A DNA stretch of 62,510 nucleotides, the filler included. It is 7 parts of 7 records of this genome, joined end to end, with 100 filler letters (N's around TTAATTAATTAA, not from the genome) between each part and the next. Parts side by side here need not be neighbours in the genome. Positions count along the whole stretch, not along the records: positions 56,003 to 62,510 come from SRR31156797_70885; 6 more parts are not named here. The stretch is one strand, 5' to 3'. The notes beneath the pieces were generated by a model, which was not told where the DNA came from, made no database searches, and saw only the letters and a list, made by a program, of their open reading frames with translations. Made by a program: the position numbers and the translations under genes. Every line of letters begins with the position of its first letter. Position 1 is the stretch's first letter. Below are positions 61,211 to 62,510 of this stretch, in pieces.

Positions 61211-62389
61211 ATGTTTGATCAAAAGCAAAAAAGAATAATCAACGCTTCGGTCGTAGTTTTTTCGGCCAAGGGTTACAAGGCGGCCACTATTGCCGACCTG
61301 GCGCATGAAGCCGGAGTCGGCGAGGCCACCATCTACAATCATTTTAAAAACAAGGAAGAGATTTTACTTAGCATTCCCGTACTGTTCTTCACGGATTTTT
61401 TAACCATTTGCTCAGACCATTTGACCGGCGTCAGGGACCCGGAAGAGCGTTTTAGAAAGTTTATCTGGCTGTATTTATGGTGGAGCCGCAATAATGAAGA
61501 TTTTGTAAGGGTGTTTCTTTTTGAAATAGAGCCGCACCCGAAGTATCACCTTTCTACCACGTACGACCTGGCCAGGCGGCTGTACGGGATTCCGTCCGAG
61601 ATTCTGAAAACCGGGCAGGAGGCCGGAGTATTCAGAAAAAAGGCGTCCCTGGATTTAATCGGGTATTTCACCCTGGGCACGATGCATTACCTGTTTTTTA
61701 CCAGGATTTTGTTTGAGCGGGGATTCGAGGTACTGGATGATTTTGACGATCTGGCCGGTTTAATGTCCTCGGCGGTGACGGTGAAAGGGCCCTCGGCCCC
61801 GGATGTTGCTTTGTCCGATAATAAAAAGGACCGAATTCTATTGGCCGCGGAAAACCTGTTTTCAACAAAAAATTACTGGGATGCGAAAATTGCCGAAATA
61901 GCCAGGCTGGCCAGGGTCGCGGACGGCACGATTTACGATTATTTTGAAAACAAGGAAGACCTGTTATTCTCGCTTTTCGAACGTAGAATGGATGAATTTA
62001 CAGATGCGTTCAGGGAAACATTGAGGCCCAGCAAGGCCGAGAACAAGCTTAAACACGTAATTTTGCATTTTTTAACCTGGGCCAAGGACAACCGGGAGTG
62101 GGTTCGGATATTTTTCAAGGATATTTTACCCAATCCCAGATTTTATCTTTCGGACAAATACGAATCAATGCTGCCGTATGACGCCGAGCTTCGTGACATT
62201 TTTTTTGAAGGCCTGGAGCAGGGAGTATTTAAAAGCAACCTGAATATGTATTTTTTCAGGGCTATGATCTTGGGGACGATGGATCATCTTTGCTCGCCTT
62301 GGGCCATGCGGCGCCGTGAGAACGGCCTGCTCGGGGCATTGGACGGGTTTCACGACCTGGTGTTTCATGCCGTTCGGCGGGAGAGCTGA
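61211..62389 (+). CDS. Tandem double TetR/AcrR-family regulator
   Basis: Two full units: ATIADLAHEAGVGEATIYNHFKNKEE and AKIAEIARLARVADGTIYDYFENKED, each followed by a ligand-binding domain. Confidence 0.92.
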   Translation: MFDQKQKRIINASVVVFSAKGYKAATIADLAHEAGVGEATIYNHFKNKEEILLSIPVLFFTDFLTICSDHLTGVRDPEERFRKFIWLYLWWSRNNEDFVRVFLFEIEPHPKYHLSTTYDLARRLYGIPSEILKTGQEAGVFRKKASLDLIGYFTLGTMHYLFFTRILFERGFEVLDDFDDLAGLMSSAVTVKGPSAPDVALSDNKKDRILLAAENLFSTKNYWDAKIAEIARLARVADGTIYDYFENKEDLLFSLFERRMDEFTDAFRETLRPSKAENKLKHVILHFLTWAKDNREWVRIFFKDILPNPRFYLSDKYESMLPYDAELRDIFFEGLEQGVFKSNLNMYFFRAMILGTMDHLCSPWAMRRRENGLLGALDGFHDLVFHAVRRES

Positions 62390-62510
62390 TAAGCATGAAT
62401 AAAATTCAAGATGCAGTGATTCGGAAATAGTAACGAAAAGTCCCATGCGTTGGTATACACCCGTGCTGCCGCTTTTATATTAGTGTCTGTCCAGAAATGA
62501 GAGATTTTTT

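Overview
This window is not one locus. It is seven unrelated contigs joined by six artificial 100-nt linkers (N-run, TTAATTAATTAA, N-run), so adjacency across a linker means nothing. (1) 1-16276: deltaproteobacterial-type anaerobic catabolic operon with EtfBA, acyl-CoA dehydrogenase, GntR, a two-subunit B12 acyl-CoA mutase with a divergent active site, a TRAP transporter, a Tat-less reductive dehalogenase, a PaaK-like CoA ligase and a xanthine-dehydrogenase-family molybdoenzyme. (2) 16377-26643: type I-C CRISPR-Cas locus. cas3 is frameshifted in a T9 tract, a cas4 relic is present, a higBA module shares a 35-bp divergent promoter region with the intact cas4-cas1-cas2, and the array has one spacer. 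(3) 26744-31804: opp peptide ABC transporter. (4) 31905-42954: two-component genes including an MMPL/RND transporter fused to a histidine kinase, an ADP-forming acyl-CoA synthetase alpha subunit, glcD/glcF, a LarA-like protein and two paralogous radical SAM genes. (5) 43055-50211: USP, MocR regulator, methyltransferase, amtB with a sigma54 promoter, and a metal-chelate ABC transporter behind a structured attenuator-like leader. (6) 50312-55902: type IV pilin, DUF1566 lipoprotein and a giant Cys-rich surface protein. (7) 56003-62510: methyltransferase, acyl-CoA ligase, NMO/FabK-like flavoprotein, crotonase and a double-TetR regulator. The best candidates for undescribed systems are the dehalogenase-equipped mutase/molybdoenzyme pathway, the HigBA-cas4 promoter coupling, the MMPL-kinase fusion and the CGAAGGC twin-motif leader RNA. 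All calls come from reading motifs by eye; no searches were run.
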